Shown: piece by piece, positions 28,081-37,891 of the stretch
How the letters are laid out: the number at the start of each line of letters is the position of its first letter
Position numbering within the stretch: the first letter of the stretch is position 1
Assembly (NCBI GenBank): GCA_964387845.1
Contig: CAYLXA010000007.1
Span: 50,481-114,480, forward strand
DNA from: an uncultured bacterium
GTDB taxonomy: Bacteria; Omnitrophota; Omnitrophia; Omnitrophales; Abzuiibacteriaceae
DNA: 64,000 nt
Direction: 5' to 3'
The notes under the pieces: model-generated
Told to the model about the DNA's origin: nothing
What the model saw: the letters and a program-made list of their open reading frames with translations, nothing else
Database searches by the model: none
Translations under genes and position numbers: made by a program

Positions 28081-28785
28081 TTATGCTGCAGCGTAGAGAA
28101 TGCGCGAACATTGTTCGCAGATTACGACTTTATCGCGCATTTTGATTTCGTTGAGGAGTTGAGGACGTAACTGCATTTGGCATGCGGGGCAAACTTCGCC
28201 TTCGACTTTCACGAGCGCGACGCCCTGCTTCTTGCTGACAATCTTTTCATAAAGCGACGCGATATCGGGATTCACCTGCTTCATCAATTCTTTTTTCTGT
28301 GCGCTTAATTCTTCGATTTTCTTTTTCGCGTCGTTCATTTGCGATTCGACCACCGCTTTTTTGGTCTGCACTTGCTTTTCAATTTCTTTCAGCCGTTCCT
28401 GCTCGACTTTGATCCTTTGCTGACATTCAGTCACCTGATCCATCAGCTTGATAATTTCCTCTTCGAGCATGGAGTTGTCCGCTTTGATTGCAGAAATTTC
28501 GGTTTGCAGTGAAGAATATTCTTTGTTGGTTTTGACTTGCGTCAACTGGACTTCATATTTTTGGATTGAACTTTCTTTTGTGGCCAAATCGCCTTCTTTT
28601 TGCTTCTGCTTCAGCTGCGCGTTTTTAAACTCAAGTTCAAGCGCCTTCAAATGCGCCTTCTCGGCATCCAGGCCTGCTTCCAGAACCTGGATTTGTTGCG
28701 GCGATTCAAAGAGAACGGACCGGTGGGTATAAATCTGCAAATCAATGGCCTGAACTTGCTCAAGTGTCGGAATATCGTTAATCAT
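28081..28785 (-). CDS. Coiled-coil protein with C-terminal C4 zinc ribbon (COG1579/DUF164-like)
   Basis: 234 aa; long coiled coil then CPACQMQ...CEQCSRILY. Confidence 0.6.
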   Translation of the reverse strand: MINDIPTLEQVQAIDLQIYTHRSVLFESPQQIQVLEAGLDAEKAHLKALELEFKNAQLKQKQKEGDLATKESSIQKYEVQLTQVKTNKEYSSLQTEISAIKADNSMLEEEIIKLMDQVTECQQRIKVEQERLKEIEKQVQTKKAVVESQMNDAKKKIEELSAQKKELMKQVNPDIASLYEKIVSKKQGVALVKVEGEVCPACQMQLRPQLLNEIKMRDKVVICEQCSRILYAAA

Positions 28786-28897
28786 GGGTTGTATAAGACT
28801 TTTTAACTGTCAGTCTTAGCGGATAGTATAAAGGAGCGGGCAGGATAACGACAAGGAATTTTTAGACATGCGGAAAAGCGGTATTAAGAGATAGAGC

Positions 28898-29482
28898 CTA
28901 GTTTGATTCGCGCAATTTGCGCAGCTCTGCCCCGAATTGTGTGAATTCCGAGATTTCCTTGGGGCTGAGAGGGTTAATGGACGGCGCGGACCGCTCGCGA
29001 TCTTGCGATCCGGACACTTCCTGGGCCGATATTGACGGATTTGAGTGTTTGTGAAAGTCCCGCACCAAAATAATATCCCGGTCGGCACTTCTCGAAATTG
29101 AAACATGATAAAGCTTGCAATCGAGCTTTAAGAAGCCGAGTTTGGAAGTAAAAGATTCATGAAACTGGGCACCAAATAAATGAACGCCGATTTCTGAATG
29201 TCCTCCGTTGTGGCCGTTGCCGGATTTCGAAGCTCCGAGCCCGGAAAGGGTTTGCAAAAGATCGAGAATAAAATTTTGGTCAATCATTTGATGACTTAGC
29301 GCAAAGACTGACTGTGCCTTGCCGCAAGTATGGAGCTGGGCTGCGATATTCTGAGCCGGGAACGGAAGGTATGCAATAAACCGGCTCTCGGGAAGAACGA
29401 ATTGAACAAGCTGACTTAGAATGCCGTGCGCTTGAGATTCGCTCTCGGAGCGCGGCTGCCAATGCGTGTTGATTGGATTCAT
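28898..29482 (-). CDS. Hypothetical protein, third gene of the ParA-CBM48 operon
   Basis: 194 aa; ATGA start/stop overlap with upstream gene at 29479-29482 supports this frame over the overlapping 28816..29106 ORF. Confidence 0.45.
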   Translation of the reverse strand: MNPINTHWQPRSESESQAHGILSQLVQFVLPESRFIAYLPFPAQNIAAQLHTCGKAQSVFALSHQMIDQNFILDLLQTLSGLGASKSGNGHNGGHSEIGVHLFGAQFHESFTSKLGFLKLDCKLYHVSISRSADRDIILVRDFHKHSNPSISAQEVSGSQDRERSAPSINPLSPKEISEFTQFGAELRKLRESN

Positions 29483-30300
29483 AGCGAATGATGCAGTGAG
29501 TCTTGGCGCAACATTCGCGCCAATATCTTTTTCGACGGCTCCCAGAGTGACACGGTTTCCGGCCCGCCCAGAAAAAGATCCTCGTTAATACGGAGGTCGC
29601 TTCCCTCCATCCAGCCCATGAAACTAATTTCATGCGACATAAATTTGGAAGCGATCCGCGTGAATTTTTCGTATACCAGTTCAGAAATTTTTTCCGATGC
29701 CTTGCCGTCAACCAAAAGCAGAAAATGAAGCGACGGATTCCACTCCAGGCAAGCGCGAAAACTTTGATAGGCCGATACGAGACTGTCGGCTGAATCGGTT
29801 TTCACATGCAAAATGACATAATCCAAAATTTGAAGCAAATTTTTCTCATATTCGAACATGGAGATAGGATCTATAAAAATTCCCATACTGCCTAAACGTT
29901 CGGTGTTTTGTCCCGCCTCGTGCCGATCAACCGGCTGAAGATGCAGTGCTTCCTGAATCTGAGCATCCGATAGAAACGCCTGCCGCACATTTGGGTGCTG
30001 AATACGCGTAATCGATGGCGAATATTGACCGATGGTCGCTAAATAGAGATCGCCAAATAATTGCCGAAACTTGGTCACAAATAAATGATGCGATAAAAGC
30101 TCTTCTTGGGATCCAAATGGCAGGATGCTCATACATCGAACCATATTTTCACCAGCTGCTCGCGGTGTCAGCAGTGCAGACGAGATCATGGCCGGAATAT
30201 GCTGCGCAGGCGCGTGCGCAGAAGCTTCATGAGCCGAAAAAAGAGCCGGCGAAACGTCGTTGAGGCCTCTTTTTAACCTTTTTTCATCTGACATAAACAA
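29479..30300 (-). CDS. Degenerate ParA/MinD-like protein lacking Walker A
   Basis: 273 aa; C-terminal two thirds align in pattern with MinD/ParA (..FIDPIS.., ..LHFLLLVDGKASEKI.., ..FMGWMEGSDLRINEDL..), but N-terminus has no KGGxGKT P-loop. Confidence 0.4.
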   Translation of the reverse strand: MFMSDEKRLKRGLNDVSPALFSAHEASAHAPAQHIPAMISSALLTPRAAGENMVRCMSILPFGSQEELLSHHLFVTKFRQLFGDLYLATIGQYSPSITRIQHPNVRQAFLSDAQIQEALHLQPVDRHEAGQNTERLGSMGIFIDPISMFEYEKNLLQILDYVILHVKTDSADSLVSAYQSFRACLEWNPSLHFLLLVDGKASEKISELVYEKFTRIASKFMSHEISFMGWMEGSDLRINEDLFLGGPETVSLWEPSKKILARMLRQDSLHHSL

Positions 30301-30321
30301 TCAGCTCCTGTTACTTAAGAT

Positions 30322-31566
30322 TTATAAAACACGGAGGACAGAATTTACGCCGCCGTAACGATTTTCTTCAAGCTCAGAATGAGTGGGATCCGTCTTCCAT
30401 TCCCCGTCCACCAAAAATTTATACCGGTAGGTGCCGGACGGCATCGAAATCACTTTCTGCCATGAATCCGGCATTCCTTCCGCCTTTGCCATGGCCTCGG
30501 GAACCCAGTGATTAAAATCGCCGGCAATTAATACTTCGCGCGCTTCTTTACTTTCATAGGAAAATAAAATACCGCCCAAAACGGGGCAAGGCGAGCCGGC
30601 ATTTTGCGTTAATGTTTCAGTCTCGGATGCCTGTGTTTGCAACGCGGCCTGGCCTTCCGGAGCGCTCGATTCCCCTGCAGCCGGCTCAAGAACAGGCTCC
30701 GGCTCAGCCTTCGATAACTCTGAAAATGTTTCCCGAACCGCTTCGCCGTTGGCAGGTGCGCCCGGCTTTTCTCCGTTCACTTCCTCCGGCGCAATGGCAA
30801 TGCGGATTCCGCGCTCAATGACTTCAATCGCCAAATTCATATAATCCTGAAAACCGGTTGCTTTGCGGTCATAATCCACGATACTTTTTCCGGCAGCAGC
30901 CGCTTCTCTGAGCTTAATATTTTCGCGGATATGATTCGTGAAGGTTTTTTCCTTGAAATGATGTTTCACCTCACCGAGAACTTCCTGAGCCAGCTTGATT
31001 CTCGATTCATAGCGTGTCACCAGTGCATGAACTTCGACACTTTTTCCCGTAATTTGGCGGAGTGATTCAATCGTTTCGAATATCTTTGCCAGGCCATGCA
31101 ATGAAAAAAATGAAGGTTCGATCGGAATAATGACTTCGCCGGATGCGCGGAGGGCATTAAAAGTTAAAATGCCCAAATTCGGCGGGCAATCGATAATGAC
31201 AAACTCGTAATTGGAAGTAATCTGATTGAGTTGATTGAGCAGCTTATTTTCTCTGCCCGGCACACCGGCCAGCTCCTGCTCGATAACGCTCAAAACCACA
31301 TGGGAAGGAACTAGATGAAGGAAAGTGCTCACGTTTACCAGCGCTTCGGAAATACCGGACGCTTGGTCGGATGATTTCAACAAATCATACGCCGTTCTGC
31401 TCAAGGATTCGGCCTTCACGCCAAGCCCGCAGGTAGCATGGCCTTGCGGATCCAAATCGATCAGCAGAACGCGCTTCTGTACAAATGCCAATGCAGCCGC
31501 CAAATTAATCGCGGTGGTGGTCTTACCGCAGCCACCCTTCTGATTGGCGATGGCGATTACTCTCAT
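30322..31566 (-). CDS. ParA/Soj-family ATPase fused to C-terminal AMPK-beta/CBM48-like glycogen-binding domain
   Basis: 414 aa; deviant Walker A NQKGGCGKTTTAINLAAAL; Pro/Ala/Glu-rich linker; C-terminus VLIAGDFNHW...SGTYRYKFLVDGEWKTDP...GGVNSVLRVL matches the AMPK beta GBD/CBM48 pattern (SGSFNNW...YKFFVDGQW..DP...GTVNNIIQV). Confidence 0.75.
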   Translation of the reverse strand: MRVIAIANQKGGCGKTTTAINLAAALAFVQKRVLLIDLDPQGHATCGLGVKAESLSRTAYDLLKSSDQASGISEALVNVSTFLHLVPSHVVLSVIEQELAGVPGRENKLLNQLNQITSNYEFVIIDCPPNLGILTFNALRASGEVIIPIEPSFFSLHGLAKIFETIESLRQITGKSVEVHALVTRYESRIKLAQEVLGEVKHHFKEKTFTNHIRENIKLREAAAAGKSIVDYDRKATGFQDYMNLAIEVIERGIRIAIAPEEVNGEKPGAPANGEAVRETFSELSKAEPEPVLEPAAGESSAPEGQAALQTQASETETLTQNAGSPCPVLGGILFSYESKEAREVLIAGDFNHWVPEAMAKAEGMPDSWQKVISMPSGTYRYKFLVDGEWKTDPTHSELEENRYGGVNSVLRVL

Positions 31567-31691
31567 TCCAGCAACTCCCCAAAATAGATTTGATATGAAT
31601 CTTATAATGATTCCAAAAGGAGCTCTTTGCTAAGATGAGACTGCACTTAATTATCGGTGAATCAGATGGGAAACTTTAAGGAGGAAAACAG

Positions 31692-32645
31692 CTAAAAACG
31701 GATGAGATTATCAATACTGACAACACCAATCACTTCAAACTCCGAGTTAGTCACGGCCGCATAGGAGCTGTGTTTAGACTGGAGGAGCAGGATGGTTTTC
31801 TCGACTGACTGGTCTTCGGGAATAAAAAGAGGCGGCCTGAGGTAATTCTTAAGGCCTTCCTCCCCGTTTTCTTCAAACAGAACATCGAACACATGAATGA
31901 TTCCGACCACGATCGCCGGAATTTCTTCATACACCAACACCACTTGTTTCTTAGAGTTTCGCGCCAGCTCTTTAACATCTTTGACTTTTTTGATCAATTC
32001 CAAAGTCGGAAATTCCCGAAGCGGCGTCATCACTTCACCGACACTGACGTTATCCAGGCTCAAAATCGTGTGTACGAGCCGTTTTTCATATTCTTTTAGA
32101 ACACCTTTTTGCGCACTCTCTTCAACGACATAGCGAAATTCGTCTTTGGTTACCAGCGGATTGCGCTTCACTTTAGAAAAAGTCATTAAATTCAAGACAT
32201 CCATCAGCCATAAAATTGAGAATGAGAGCGGCGCAAGAACACCTTCAAGCCAGCGCAACACAAATGCAAAGCGGTAAATATAAATGTCCGCTTTAATCCG
32301 GCACAGATCCTTCGGAATAATTTCACAAAAAATAATAAGCAATGGCGCCAGAATCAGCGTGATCACCAGCTCCGAACGGATATTGAAATGATAACTCAAC
32401 AAATACGTCAAGATCGAGGTAATGGCAACATTCGTCAAATTATTGCCGATGAGGACGGTTGCCAAAAGCCGCTTCGGATCTTTCCGGTAGCGGTGAATAA
32501 TTTTTGCCGCCGGATCGCCTGAATCGATCCGGTGCCGGAGTTTTAATTTGTTGCACGACAGAAAAGCCATTTCCGAACCGCTAAAAAAAGCGGACAAGAT
32601 GAATAGAATCAAGAACAGGATTAGAATGCTAACGGCTGTGATCAT
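31692..32645 (-). CDS. CNNM/DUF21 transmembrane domain plus CBS-pair protein
   Basis: 317 aa; DUF21 TM region and CBS pair; no clear CorC_HlyC C-terminus. Confidence 0.75.
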   Translation of the reverse strand: MITAVSILILFLILFILSAFFSGSEMAFLSCNKLKLRHRIDSGDPAAKIIHRYRKDPKRLLATVLIGNNLTNVAITSILTYLLSYHFNIRSELVITLILAPLLIIFCEIIPKDLCRIKADIYIYRFAFVLRWLEGVLAPLSFSILWLMDVLNLMTFSKVKRNPLVTKDEFRYVVEESAQKGVLKEYEKRLVHTILSLDNVSVGEVMTPLREFPTLELIKKVKDVKELARNSKKQVVLVYEEIPAIVVGIIHVFDVLFEENGEEGLKNYLRPPLFIPEDQSVEKTILLLQSKHSSYAAVTNSEFEVIGVVSIDNLIRF

Positions 32646-33880
32646 CAGTTTTTCTTTCGAATCAGGACGCGTAAAATCCGCTGTTTTGTCACTTCTGTGA
32701 TTTGAAATTCAAAACCTTCGAATGTAAACGATTCATGAGTTCTCGGAATCCGGCCGAGCCGTTCAAGAACCCAGCCGCCCAGCGTTTCGGAAACCTCCGA
32801 TTTCAGGTGCAAACCAAGTTTTTCATTGAGATCGTGCAGGCTGACAAGCGCCTGAACCAAATGACCGCTCTCCAGTTTTTTAACAGAAGGCTCGGTTTTT
32901 GCGTATTCATCATAAAATTCGCCGAAAATTTCTTCCAAGATGTCCTCAACCGTGACAAGCCCCGCCGTTCCGCCATATTCATCCACGCAAATCGCAAATT
33001 CCTTCTTTGTGGAGCGAAACTCTTCCAGCGCTTCATCGATCAGTTTTGTTTCCGGAATAAAAACAGGCTGCTGAATAAGCTCGCGGAGCCGGCCTGTGGT
33101 ATCCAGCATGAATTCCTGAACAGCAATGACACCGGTCACATGATCTAAATTACCTTCATAAACCGGAATATAGGTGTGGTGATACTTTTTGATTAACTCG
33201 ACCAACGCCTCCCGGCCGTCTTCGATATTGAATGCAACCAAATCGGGCCTTGGGACCATGATTTGTTTAACGTGACGCTTTCCCAAATCAATCAAATGAC
33301 GGATCATTTTTTCTTCCTCTCTCCGCAGAGCCCCTTCTTCCTCGCTGATTCTGACGAGTGCTTTTAGTTCATCTTCCGAAATTAAATCCGTTTGAGTTTT
33401 GTCCTTAATTAGAAAAGAAAGCACATAATTAGAAATCGTTCGAAAAACAATACGGAGCGGCAAAAATATTCTTGCGATAATATCCAGAGGGATAGCGCAA
33501 ACCAGCGAAAACAACATGTCATGCCGCGCTGCAAATACTTTCGGAATAATTTCGCCGAATATAATCAAGGTCAGTGAAAATAGAGCGATCGTCATGCCGA
33601 CACCCTCTTCTCCAAATTGCGAAATCGCCAAAAGGGTTACAACTGATGCGGCGGCAACATTGACCAAATTGTTGCTGATTAAAATCGTAATCAACGTCCG
33701 GCGCGGTTCAGAAAGCAGCCTCTCGACCACTTTCCCGACTTTGGGATGCTGCTGCACGAGCCTGCGCCGCTCGATTTGACTGAGTGAAAAAAGTGCGGTT
33801 TCGGCACTTGAGAAAAATGCGGAAAGTAGGAATAGCGCTATGAGAATTGCGGAATGAGAAATAAGATCCAGGAAAGCCAT
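32645..33880 (-). CDS. HlyC/CorC-family transporter (DUF21-CBS-CorC_HlyC)
   Basis: 411 aa; paralog of the downstream gene with added CorC_HlyC domain. Confidence 0.8.
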   Translation of the reverse strand: MAFLDLISHSAILIALFLLSAFFSSAETALFSLSQIERRRLVQQHPKVGKVVERLLSEPRRTLITILISNNLVNVAAASVVTLLAISQFGEEGVGMTIALFSLTLIIFGEIIPKVFAARHDMLFSLVCAIPLDIIARIFLPLRIVFRTISNYVLSFLIKDKTQTDLISEDELKALVRISEEEGALRREEEKMIRHLIDLGKRHVKQIMVPRPDLVAFNIEDGREALVELIKKYHHTYIPVYEGNLDHVTGVIAVQEFMLDTTGRLRELIQQPVFIPETKLIDEALEEFRSTKKEFAICVDEYGGTAGLVTVEDILEEIFGEFYDEYAKTEPSVKKLESGHLVQALVSLHDLNEKLGLHLKSEVSETLGGWVLERLGRIPRTHESFTFEGFEFQITEVTKQRILRVLIRKKN

Positions 33881-34488
33881 TATCGGTACAATCGGCGGCG
33901 CTCGATGATTTCAAGCGCGGGTTTTGGAATCAATGATTGAACAGGTTTGTTTTGCTTTATCATCTCGCGGATCCGGGTAGATGAAATATCAAGCGGTTGA
34001 AAATCCAAGAACTTAACTTCGGGCGGCAAGTTCATTTTTTCATAGCCCGGCCTTTTCGCGACCACAAAAGTGCATAATGAAAAAATAGTCTGTATTTCTT
34101 TCCATTGATCCAAACTTTTTCCCCAGTCGCCGCCCGTGATAAAGAAAAGCTCGTGCGGTTCGGGGTGAATCCTGCGCAATTCGCGAATCGTATCCACAGT
34201 ATAGGAAACACCTTCCCGCTTGATCTCAATGTCGCTTACATCATACCCTAAATTCCGGACAGCGGCTTGGGTCATTTCCAAGCGTGCCGGCGCAGGCGTA
34301 ATTTGGTTGGCTTTTAAACCGAGTGGCGGAATAAACGCGGGAACGAAAATGATTTTTTCAAGTTTTAATTGCGAGCGTGCAGCGCCCGCAAGAGCCAGAT
34401 GGCCGCTGTGGATCGGATCGAATGTTCCGCCGAGAATGCCGATGCGCATGAAAAATTTATTTTCGTATTTGGCCGTTTCCTTGGACAA
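33880..34488 (-). CDS. nadD: Nicotinate-nucleotide adenylyltransferase
   Basis: 202 aa; GILGGTFDPIHSGHL nucleotidyltransferase motif. Confidence 0.85.
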   Translation of the reverse strand: MSKETAKYENKFFMRIGILGGTFDPIHSGHLALAGAARSQLKLEKIIFVPAFIPPLGLKANQITPAPARLEMTQAAVRNLGYDVSDIEIKREGVSYTVDTIRELRRIHPEPHELFFITGGDWGKSLDQWKEIQTIFSLCTFVVAKRPGYEKMNLPPEVKFLDFQPLDISSTRIREMIKQNKPVQSLIPKPALEIIERRRLYR

Positions 34489-35716
34489 TATATTTGTAAG
34501 ACGTTAAACCTTCAAGGCCCATAGGCCCGCGTGCGTGAATTTTTTCTGTTGAGATGCCGATTTCGGCGCCGAACCCGAATTCGTTTCCGTCTGAGAACCG
34601 CGTAGACGCATTCACCATCACGGATGACGAATCCACAAGCGACACAAACTCACGCGCTGCTTTCTTATCTTTGGTGATAATCGCATCCGTGTGCGCAGAA
34701 CCATATTGTTGAATATGCCGAATGGCTTCGCCCGTGTTTTTCACAACCCGAATCGCAAGAATCTTATCCAAATATTCCGCATACCAATCGGATTCAACCG
34801 CCCTTTTGGCATCCGGAACCAGCCGGCGCACGGCTTGATCGCCCCGGATTTCACAGCCCGCTTTACGGAGCATTGCGGCATAGGATGGTAAAAACTTTTT
34901 CGCGACTGCCTGGTGAACCAAAAGCGTCTCCATCGCATTACAGACGCCTGTCCGCTGTAATTTGGCATTGAATGCAATCGTCAGTGCTTTCTTCAAGTCG
35001 GCGGCTTTGTCCACATACACATGACAAACGCCTTTATCGTGCTTTACGACCGGAATTCTCGATTTAGACGCTACGCGCTTGATGAGCGACTCGCCGCCGC
35101 GCGGAATGACCAAATTGATAGACGTATTCAATTTTAAAAGAATATCGATGGCTTTCCGGTCCACAGTTTGTACAAACACGACACAATCCTGTGAAAGCCC
35201 GGCACGTTTAAGGGCGGCTTGATAAATCCGTACGATGGCTTGATTCGAATGAAACGCTTCCCGGCCTCCGCGCAAGATGACGGCATTGTTGCTTTTCAGG
35301 CAAAGTGACGCACATTCGGATGTGACGTTGGGCCGTGATTCATAAATAATCAGAATAACGCCAAGCGGAACGCTGACTTTTGAGATCCGGAGCCCGTTCG
35401 GGCGCGACCAGCTTGAAAGCGTGCGGTTAATTGGATCCGGAAGTTTTGCAACTTCGCTAACGGCATCGGCCATTTTAAAAATCCGGCCGCGATTGAGCAT
35501 GAGCCGGTCGATCATGGCACCCGAAAGCTGATTGGCGCGTGCAAAGGCAAGGTCTTTTTGATTGGCGGCCTGGATTTGCTTCCAATTTTTCTTGAGCTGC
35601 TTGGCAATACCAATTAAAACCCGGTTTTTAGTCTTTGTGTCTACCGTCGCCAAACTTTGGGAAGCATGTTTTGCTTTTTCAGCCAGCTGCTTCATTTGTG
35701 ATTCTAATGTTTTCAT
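34457..35716 (-). CDS. proA: Gamma-glutamyl phosphate reductase
   Basis: 419 aa; ALDH-fold ProA, follows proB. Confidence 0.9.
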   Translation of the reverse strand: MKTLESQMKQLAEKAKHASQSLATVDTKTKNRVLIGIAKQLKKNWKQIQAANQKDLAFARANQLSGAMIDRLMLNRGRIFKMADAVSEVAKLPDPINRTLSSWSRPNGLRISKVSVPLGVILIIYESRPNVTSECASLCLKSNNAVILRGGREAFHSNQAIVRIYQAALKRAGLSQDCVVFVQTVDRKAIDILLKLNTSINLVIPRGGESLIKRVASKSRIPVVKHDKGVCHVYVDKAADLKKALTIAFNAKLQRTGVCNAMETLLVHQAVAKKFLPSYAAMLRKAGCEIRGDQAVRRLVPDAKRAVESDWYAEYLDKILAIRVVKNTGEAIRHIQQYGSAHTDAIITKDKKAAREFVSLVDSSSVMVNASTRFSDGNEFGFGAEIGISTEKIHARGPMGLEGLTSYKYIVQGNGQIRK

Positions 35717-35723
35717 AAAAAAA

Positions 35724-36845
35724 TCAGGTAATGACTAAATTATCGCGGTGGATGACTTCATCCGCGTGTTTATAACCTAAAATTGAAACAATCTCGGTTG
35801 TTTTTTTTCCGGCAATTTTCTTCAATTCTTCACTCGAATAATTCACAATGCCCCGCGCAAAAACCTTGCCGTCTCCTGACGAAACTTTGACCGAATCACC
35901 GGCTTTGAAATGGCCTGTTACTTCACGGATGCCGCTTGCGAGCAGGCTTTTGCCGCCGTCTTTCAGAGCCGTATGAGCACCGGAATCAACCGAGAGATTT
36001 CCGTGCGCTTCCGTCAAATTGGTAACCCAATTTTTTTTGAAACCTTTCTTAGTGCCGGATGCCAGAAACAAAGTGCCGATCTCTTCTCCGTTCGTTAATT
36101 GCTCGATCGATCCTTTCACTTTGCCGTTCAAAACAGCGACTGCTATACCGTTTTTCATCGCTCGTTTTGCGACTTCCAATTTAGATTCCATGCCGCCGCG
36201 TGTGATGATTTTTTTCTCGTGCGAAAATACGTGCTGAAATAAAACATCCACCGCATCGGCCGTCAGGACTTCCGAAATAATTTTTTTACGGTCGCCGTCC
36301 ATGTACAATCCGTCGACATCCGTCAGCAAGACCAGCATGTCGGCTTCGATTAATTCGGCTACGGAAACTGAAAGCGCGTCATTATCGCCAAACCGGATTT
36401 CTTCAGTGCTGACCGTATCGTTCTCGTTGACAACCGGAATCACGCCAAGGCGCAGCAGCGATTCAAATGTGTTCTTCATATTAAAGCAGCGTACGCGGTC
36501 CTGGAATCCATCACGCGTAACCAGCACCTGCGCGGCATGATGGCCGAAAGAAGAAAACAATTCCTCGTAGCGCTTCATCAATTTGCCTTGGCCGGTTGCG
36601 GCATAGGCCTGAAGGAGCGGCAGCTCTTTTGGTTTGCGCTTCATTCTAAGAACGCTCATTCCGCAGCCGATGGCGCCGGAACTGACAATCACCAGTTCGT
36701 ATCCTAATTTCACCAAACCCCTTAATTGATCCACGATCGCATCGAGCGGCGCAAGCGTGAAATTACCGTCGGAATCGGTCAAAACACTCGTTCCGATCTT
36801 GATTACAATCCGTTTTACTTTATCAAAATTAAAATCTTTCCGCAT
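35724..36845 (-). CDS. proB: Glutamate 5-kinase with PUA domain
   Basis: 373 aa; amino-acid kinase fold plus C-terminal PUA. Confidence 0.9.
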   Translation of the reverse strand: MRKDFNFDKVKRIVIKIGTSVLTDSDGNFTLAPLDAIVDQLRGLVKLGYELVIVSSGAIGCGMSVLRMKRKPKELPLLQAYAATGQGKLMKRYEELFSSFGHHAAQVLVTRDGFQDRVRCFNMKNTFESLLRLGVIPVVNENDTVSTEEIRFGDNDALSVSVAELIEADMLVLLTDVDGLYMDGDRKKIISEVLTADAVDVLFQHVFSHEKKIITRGGMESKLEVAKRAMKNGIAVAVLNGKVKGSIEQLTNGEEIGTLFLASGTKKGFKKNWVTNLTEAHGNLSVDSGAHTALKDGGKSLLASGIREVTGHFKAGDSVKVSSGDGKVFARGIVNYSSEELKKIAGKKTTEIVSILGYKHADEVIHRDNLVIT

Positions 36846-36848
36846 ATT

Positions 36849-37844
36849 TTAGGATTTCTGGCTTTCTAATATTTGAACTGCTTTCTTCATAAGCTTCCCG
36901 ACGCCATCACCCGTTCGGGCCGAAATTTCAAACACAGGATCTTTTAATTTTATTTTTTTCTTCAAAAGTTTCTTGGCATCCGGCAAATCGCATTTATTGA
37001 TAACAACCAGCCTCGAAATTTTTAAGAACTGGTGGTCAAATTGTTCGATTTGCTTGAGCAAAATATCATAACCTGCTTTAATGCCGTCCGCAAAAGAATT
37101 TGCGGGATCGATGATCAGAAAAATCAGTTTGGCACGCTTCAAATGCTTCAAAAATACGGTTCCAAGGCCGCGGCCGTCGGAGGAGCGGCCGTAAAGAGCC
37201 GGCAGCTCACAAATCCTCAGGCTTGCGGAGCCGTCATGATAAGTGCCGAGAAGCGGCGTGTTGGTCGCAAACGGATATTCGGTCGGCTCGATATGAGCGC
37301 CTGTCAAACGCCTGAGGAGCTCCGTTTTGCCGCTGTTCGGAAGCCCGATAAGAAAAATATCGGCAATAATTGAAAATGACAAAGTCAGTTCCAGCCGAAC
37401 GCCATCTTCGGCTTGGGTCGACGGGCGCCTGGCATGATTACCGTAACCACCGCGGCCGCCTCTTGCGACAATCACTTCATCGCCGCTTTCCACCAGATCC
37501 CGCAGCAAGAGATTATGATGCTGATCGTATACCGTGGTCCCGCAAGGAACATGAATTACGTAAGGCTTGGCGTTCTTCCCATAGCGGTTGTTTCCGGATC
37601 CCGCGCCGCCTGATTCCGCCTCAAAAATCCGCTTGGCCTTCAGCGACACAAGACTGCGCGTTTCCGAATCGGCGCGCAAAATCACATCACCGCCCCGGCC
37701 GCCGTCACCGCCGTCGGGGACAAACTTTCGGTCCGTACGGCCCTGGTAACTTTCGCAGCCCCGGCCGCCGCGCCCCGATTGAACGGTAATACTGATTTCA
37801 TCTAAAAAATGTTTCATGGCTCTAAAAAGAAAAAAGCTAAGCAA
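36849..37844 (-). CDS. obg: GTPase Obg/CgtA
   Basis: 331 aa; Gly-rich Obg fold (GGDGGRGGDV) and G domain (GLPNSGKTELL). Confidence 0.9.
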   Translation of the reverse strand: MLSFFLFRAMKHFLDEISITVQSGRGGRGCESYQGRTDRKFVPDGGDGGRGGDVILRADSETRSLVSLKAKRIFEAESGGAGSGNNRYGKNAKPYVIHVPCGTTVYDQHHNLLLRDLVESGDEVIVARGGRGGYGNHARRPSTQAEDGVRLELTLSFSIIADIFLIGLPNSGKTELLRRLTGAHIEPTEYPFATNTPLLGTYHDGSASLRICELPALYGRSSDGRGLGTVFLKHLKRAKLIFLIIDPANSFADGIKAGYDILLKQIEQFDHQFLKISRLVVINKCDLPDAKKLLKKKIKLKDPVFEISARTGDGVGKLMKKAVQILESQKS

Positions 37845-37877
37845 GATTCTAAATTCACGATTCCTGCTTAGCTTTTA
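37823..37877 (-). terminator. Intrinsic terminator/attenuator hairpin between rpmA and obg
   Basis: Minus strand: AGCTAAGCAgg-loop-ttGCTTAGCT followed by TTTTTTCTTTTT. Confidence 0.4.
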
Positions 37878-37891
37878 CGTTAATTGAAAAC

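Noticed and set aside
28816-29106. 96-aa minus-strand ORF overlapping 28898..29482 in another frame
   Set aside because: The competing 194-aa frame has an ATGA translational-coupling junction with the upstream gene; the 96-aa frame lacks a start context.
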